A stretch of 64,000 nucleotides of DNA, from contig CBFGJP010000002.1 of assembly GCA_965649105.1 (NCBI GenBank), positions 637-64,636 of the forward strand, given 5' to 3'. Shown one piece after another: positions 60,461-64,000 of the stretch; positions within the stretch are counted from its first letter, which is position 1, and the number at the start of each line of letters is the position of its first letter. The notes beneath the pieces are model-generated. The model had not been told where the DNA came from and ran no database searches. It saw only the letters and a list, made by a program, of their open reading frames with translations. A program made the position numbers and the translations under genes. This DNA comes from a candidate division WOR-3 bacterium (GTDB lineage: Bacteria; Hydrothermota; Tepidihabitantia; SM23-42; JAOAFX01).

Positions 60461-61031
60461 ACAGGTAAACGAATTAAAGACCCGTTTGTCTAAATATCAA
60501 AAGCTAAGCGATGAAGAACTTGTTCAGTTGGTTAAAATGGGCGAGGTTGAGCCTTTTGATGAACTCGTCCGCAGGCACGAGATTAAGGTTCATAATCTTT
60601 GCTATAAAATGTTGAAAAATTATGATGATGCAAAGGATATGGCACAGGAGACTTTTTTAAAGGCATACCGGAATATAAAAAGTTTTGATGGGCGTTCTAA
60701 ATTCACCACCTGGTTATATCGGATCGCGGTGAATAATTGCATAAACTTTATGAAAAAGGAGCATCCATCTGAAGAAATAAAAGACGAAATCCTGGAAATT
60801 CCTATGGATGATCCGGTGGAGCAATATAAAAAGAAAAAAATGAAAGAGGTTATTTATAATGCAATTTCAAAATTACCAGAGGTTCAGAAAAGTGTTTTTA
60901 CCTTAAGGGCACTTGAAGAATTACCTTATCAGGAGATAAGTACGATACTGAATAAACCAGTGAATACGGTGAAGGTAAATTATCATCTTGCTGTGAAGAA
61001 TTTGAAAAATTATTTAAAGGGTAAGATATGA
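60423..61031 (+). CDS. ECF-type RNA polymerase sigma factor
   Basis: Region 2 (…TFLKAYRNIKSFDGRSKFTTWLYRIAVNNCI…) and region 4 (…ELPYQEISTILNKPVNTVKVNYHLAVKNL). Confidence 0.85.
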   Translation: MKNMSAKKGSLIEQVNELKTRLSKYQKLSDEELVQLVKMGEVEPFDELVRRHEIKVHNLCYKMLKNYDDAKDMAQETFLKAYRNIKSFDGRSKFTTWLYRIAVNNCINFMKKEHPSEEIKDEILEIPMDDPVEQYKKKKMKEVIYNAISKLPEVQKSVFTLRALEELPYQEISTILNKPVNTVKVNYHLAVKNLKNYLKGKI

Positions 61032-61489
61032 ACTGTTTTGAAGTTCAAGAAAGAATTATTGATTTAATTATCGATGAGATTGAACCTGAAGAAAAAGAGC
61101 TAATCCTTGCGCATATTAATTGCTGTCCGAGCTGTGCCGAAGATTTTTATTTTATCCGGCAGTGTATTGATGTATGTTGTTCCTGCCCTGACTTTGAAGA
61201 AAATGATGAATACTGGGAAGAGTTCCTTGTATCGGTCCATGAAAGAATATCTCTGACAAAACCCAAAAATCCGTTTCCGTTCCATATTGTAGTTCCGGTA
61301 GCCGCAGGCGCTATGGGTGTATTTGGTTTGCTATATTTACTCTTTTTCCGTCCGTCACCCAAGGAGATTGCTCAACCTCAGATTCCAGAATTCAATAATA
61401 AAGAGCCGATCTATGAAGTTTATGAATTGTCTCCGGAAGAGCAAAGAGAATTCATAAAAATGGTAAATCAAAAGTATTTTGGTGAATAA
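61028..61489 (+). CDS. ZAS-type (H-x3-C-x2-C) anti-sigma factor with single TM
   Basis: LAHINCCPSC motif near the N-terminus; TM VVPVAAGAMGVFGLLYLLFF; ATGA coupling to the sigma factor gene. Confidence 0.75.
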   Translation: MNCFEVQERIIDLIIDEIEPEEKELILAHINCCPSCAEDFYFIRQCIDVCCSCPDFEENDEYWEEFLVSVHERISLTKPKNPFPFHIVVPVAAGAMGVFGLLYLLFFRPSPKEIAQPQIPEFNNKEPIYEVYELSPEEQREFIKMVNQKYFGE

Positions 61490-61490
61490 C

Positions 61491-61973
61491 CTATAATTTA
61501 TAGCCAATCTTTCTCAAAAATTTATATCTTTCTTCCTTTGCTTTATCATCTTCTATGCCTTTTGCAGCATAACCGTCAATTACCCCGATAACCCCTTTTC
61601 CTTGTTCATCTTCAACAAATAGAATCTCTACTGGATTGGCAGTTGCACAGAAAATATTTAAGACTTCGTGGCAATTTTTTATTTTATCCAGAACATTTAT
61701 GGGAAAGGCATTTTTTATAAAGATTATAAAAAAATGTCCGGCACCGATTTTATACGCATAATCTTTAGCCAGTTCCACCAATTCTGCATCGTTGCCGTCA
61801 TATCGCACAAGACAGGGGCCTGAGGCTTCACAAAAGCCAATGCCAAATTTGATAACCGGAACGGAATTTACCAGGGCTTCATATAAATCTTCGACGGTTT
61901 TAATGAAATGCGTCTGACCGCAGATAATATTAGTTCCTTCGGGCAGTTTTATCTCAATCTTCTTGATTTCCAT
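61491..61973 (-). CDS. adenosine-specific kinase-like protein (PF04008-like, archaeal-type family)
   Basis: 160 aa with GQTHFIKTVEDLYEAL…FGIGFCEASGPCL…IGAGHFFI pattern remembered for the adenosine-specific kinase family. Confidence 0.5.
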   Translation of the reverse strand: MEIKKIEIKLPEGTNIICGQTHFIKTVEDLYEALVNSVPVIKFGIGFCEASGPCLVRYDGNDAELVELAKDYAYKIGAGHFFIIFIKNAFPINVLDKIKNCHEVLNIFCATANPVEILFVEDEQGKGVIGVIDGYAAKGIEDDKAKEERYKFLRKIGYKL

Positions 61974-62063
61974 GGTACCTCCTTTAAGGTTAAATAGTAA
62001 TTGGTTAAATTGTTAAAGACAAACTGGAAAAGCAATTATAAAACCAATTATCCTTTAATCATA

Positions 62064-62930
62064 TCAATAACCCATTTCTTTTAAAAAGACAGGGTCTTTT
62101 CGCCATTTTTCTCTGACCTTCACCCATAGATCAAGATAAACTTCTCTGCCTAATAAATTTTCTATTTCCTTCCTCGCTTCGGTTCCGATCCTTTTTAATA
62201 AATTTCCACTCTTACCGATTAAAATTCGCTTCTGTGTGTCCCTTTCGACATAAATTGTTGCCCTTATTAAGATTTTTCGTCCTTCCTGTTCTTTAAACTC
62301 TTCAATCATTACACAGGTTGCATAGGGGATTTCTTTTTTTAAATGAATGAATATTTTTTCGCGAATTATTTCGCCGACGAAGAAACGCTCGGGCTGATCC
62401 GAAATCTGGTCCGGTTCATATAAAAATGGTCCTTCAGGAAGTTTTTGCAGAACGGCCTTTTTTAATTCTTCCACACCATCACCGTTCAATGCCGAAATCA
62501 TAAATATTTCATCAGGGTTGTATACCTTTAATTTCTCAATCAGGGGCAAAATATCATTCTTTTTGATAAGGTCAATTTTATTGATTATAATTATAAGTTT
62601 TTTGCCATCAAAAAATTTTAAAAACTTAAGTGGGAATTTTTCCGATTTGAAAAATGGATCAACGAGCCACAACAATAAATCCGCATCGTTTATTGCCTCT
62701 TTTGCAGCATTGACCATCCTTTCCTGAAGTTCATAGGTTGGTTCAAAAATCCCCGGCGTATCAATAAATATACATTGACATTCGTTTTCCGTCAGGATCC
62801 CTAAGATTTTATTCCTTGTTGTCTGCGGTTTATTACTAACAATAGAAAGTTTTGTGTTTATTAAACGATTGAGCAATGTGGATTTGCCAACATTGGGTTC
62901 CCCGATTATTGCTACATATCCGCTCTTCAT
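62064..62930 (-). CDS. era: GTPase Era
   Basis: G1 GEPNVGKST, G3 DTPG, G4 NKID, C-terminal KH domain. Confidence 0.9.
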   Translation of the reverse strand: MKSGYVAIIGEPNVGKSTLLNRLINTKLSIVSNKPQTTRNKILGILTENECQCIFIDTPGIFEPTYELQERMVNAAKEAINDADLLLWLVDPFFKSEKFPLKFLKFFDGKKLIIIINKIDLIKKNDILPLIEKLKVYNPDEIFMISALNGDGVEELKKAVLQKLPEGPFLYEPDQISDQPERFFVGEIIREKIFIHLKKEIPYATCVMIEEFKEQEGRKILIRATIYVERDTQKRILIGKSGNLLKRIGTEARKEIENLLGREVYLDLWVKVREKWRKDPVFLKEMGY

Positions 62931-63003
62931 ATTTCTTCAAGTAAACCGAAGGGTAATGGAATTTTAGTCCCACTACCCTTCATAATCTAATCGCTGTTTA
63001 TTT

Positions 63004-64000
63004 TTACTCTTTCTTTTCTTCTGTTGATTTTTCTTGGACTGACTCTTCTTCTTTCTTATGCTGTTTTTTTGCTTTCTTCTCTTCTTCCTTTTCTTCGGGT
63101 TTTTCTTCCGCTTTTTCCTCAAAAGTTTCTTCTTTTATTTCAAGTAGGTTTTTATCATCTTTTTTCTTTACAAGCACTGCGAATGTCAATGTATTCCCGG
63201 CATAGTAGATTGAGCAACCGAGAGACATTACACCGAGAACTATCAAATAATAAATTATTCCCAAAATAAAAGAAGCAATTGCACCGGCCCAGGTTTCGTA
63301 GGCGGCTACATATTCAGGCGGGAATAAGAGATTGGGCATGCCTATCCATTCTATATACCCCGTAATAAAATTCCTTACTGATTCCGGGTAAAAATCTGGA
63401 ATAACAAGTTTAACATAATATGCTGCATTGGCGAATATATTTCCAATCTTTTCTGCCGGAACAATTATGCCGATTACGGTGTAGCATAAAAATATTGCCT
63501 TTGCCGCAAAAAATCCGAGAATTGCAACACCCAATACCATGACAATTATTAGCAAAAATTCATAGGTAATAAATCGCCAGGGTTGGTCATTTATAACTGA
63601 AAATGATTCAAAAAGCGTATCAAAGGTATCGTTACCTGTAGTGCCGACGATTGATGGGCCGATGATTAAAGAGACAATTGTAACAATAAATAGGTAAAGA
63701 ATGAAGATACATACAAAAAATGCTGGTACGGCCATAATGGAGAAGAACAACTGTCCAAAATAAGGAATCCAGGTTATCAATGCAAGAATGATGCCCATGA
63801 CAATAAGTGAGGCGATAAAGACGATGAGAACAAATGGCGCAAGTATCGCTGATTTACCATTCTTTAATGCAAATTTAAACGCTTCTTTTATTTCGTAAAA
63901 TTCATCGCCTTTCAGTTGTTCATAGGTTACCTTAGAAACCGCCACCCCGGTGATCAAAGTCACGCACAGCCACCAGATAATACCTAAGATCCATAATACC
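63004..64000 (-). CDS. polytopic membrane protein with Lys/Glu-rich acidic-basic C-terminal tail; N-terminus beyond window end
   Basis: The ORF continues in frame past 63963 (an upstream TM helix …VLWILGIIWWLCV… is encoded to the window edge). Six or more TM helices. C-terminal tail EEKAEEKPEEKEEEKKAKKQHKKEEE. Confidence 0.5.
   Translation of the reverse strand, partial: VLWILGIIWWLCVTLITGVAVSKVTYEQLKGDEFYEIKEAFKFALKNGKSAILAPFVLIVFIASLIVMGIILALITWIPYFGQLFFSIMAVPAFFVCIFILYLFIVTIVSLIIGPSIVGTTGNDTFDTLFESFSVINDQPWRFITYEFLLIIVMVLGVAILGFFAAKAIFLCYTVIGIIVPAEKIGNIFANAAYYVKLVIPDFYPESVRNFITGYIEWIGMPNLLFPPEYVAAYETWAGAIASFILGIIYYLIVLGVMSLGCSIYYAGNTLTFAVLVKKKDDKNLLEIKEETFEEKAEEKPEEKEEEKKAKKQHKKEEESVQEKSTEEKKE

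Noticed and set aside
63004-63120. Lys/Glu-rich repetitive coding stretch (EEKAEEKPEEKEEEKK) as a possible DNA repeat or CRISPR-like array
   Set aside because: It is a low-complexity protein tail encoded by purine-rich codons. It is not a spacer/repeat structure, and no direct repeats with unique spacers occur anywhere in the window.

Overview
Overview: AT-rich (about 35–38% GC) bacterial chromosomal window, densely coding and largely syntenic housekeeping DNA. Two secreted enzymes end in type IX secretion (T9SS) C-terminal sorting domains, and lpxC/lpxD point to an outer membrane. A four-subunit pyruvate:ferredoxin oxidoreductase, a 2[4Fe-4S] ferredoxin and an anaerobic-type Thi4 point to an anaerobe. 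Together these fit an uncultured FCB-superphylum-type lineage; phylum assignment from sequence alone is not possible.

Recognisable content, in order:
- Partial GH13 alpha-glucan enzyme and a CaCA antiporter.
- A large Omp85-barrel protein with PD40 propeller repeats and an N-terminal HExxH module, followed by a sugar-type ABC substrate-binding lipoprotein.
- coaE–fabF–acpP–fabG on the minus strand.
- An operon of a small protein, a class-III aminotransferase, a phosphomannomutase-family enzyme, a T9SS-tagged PPAD/agmatine-deiminase-family protein, and panC.
- nadE, two atypical lipoproteins, a solitary tRNA-Ile(GAT) with its own consensus promoter, and a ferredoxin.
- A TPR / giant 2TM coiled-coil protein / DUF4159 operon.
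- yidD plus two tandem paralogous TPR–membrane proteins.
- A T9SS-tagged M6 metalloprotease with an orphan histidine kinase.
- A DUF72 protein, then a TldD–TPR–pyrKDFE operon.
- Three MFS transporters and one EamA transporter.
- RNase P RNA.
- thi4 and porGDAB.
- A HAD hydrolase and a secreted TldD/TldE-like pair.
- lysC and a GGDEF sensor.
- An aldehyde dehydrogenase, lpxC–lpxD, and larC.
- An ECF sigma factor with a ZAS-type anti-sigma partner, an adenosine-kinase-like protein, and era.

Most notable global signal: many transcription units carry near-perfect TTGACA-16/17-TATAAT promoters placed so the start codon lies 5–7 nt after the -10 element, which implies widespread leaderless mRNAs.

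Best candidates for undescribed biology:
- The DUF4159 / giant coiled-coil membrane protein / TPR module.
- The HExxH–PD40–Omp85 chimeric outer-membrane protein.
- The yidD-linked paralog pair.
- The secreted TldD/TldE-like pair.
- A compact promoter-to-terminator unit (about 145 nt) encoding a candidate small RNA or leaderless micro-protein.

No CRISPR arrays, transposases, integrases or phage genes were seen.
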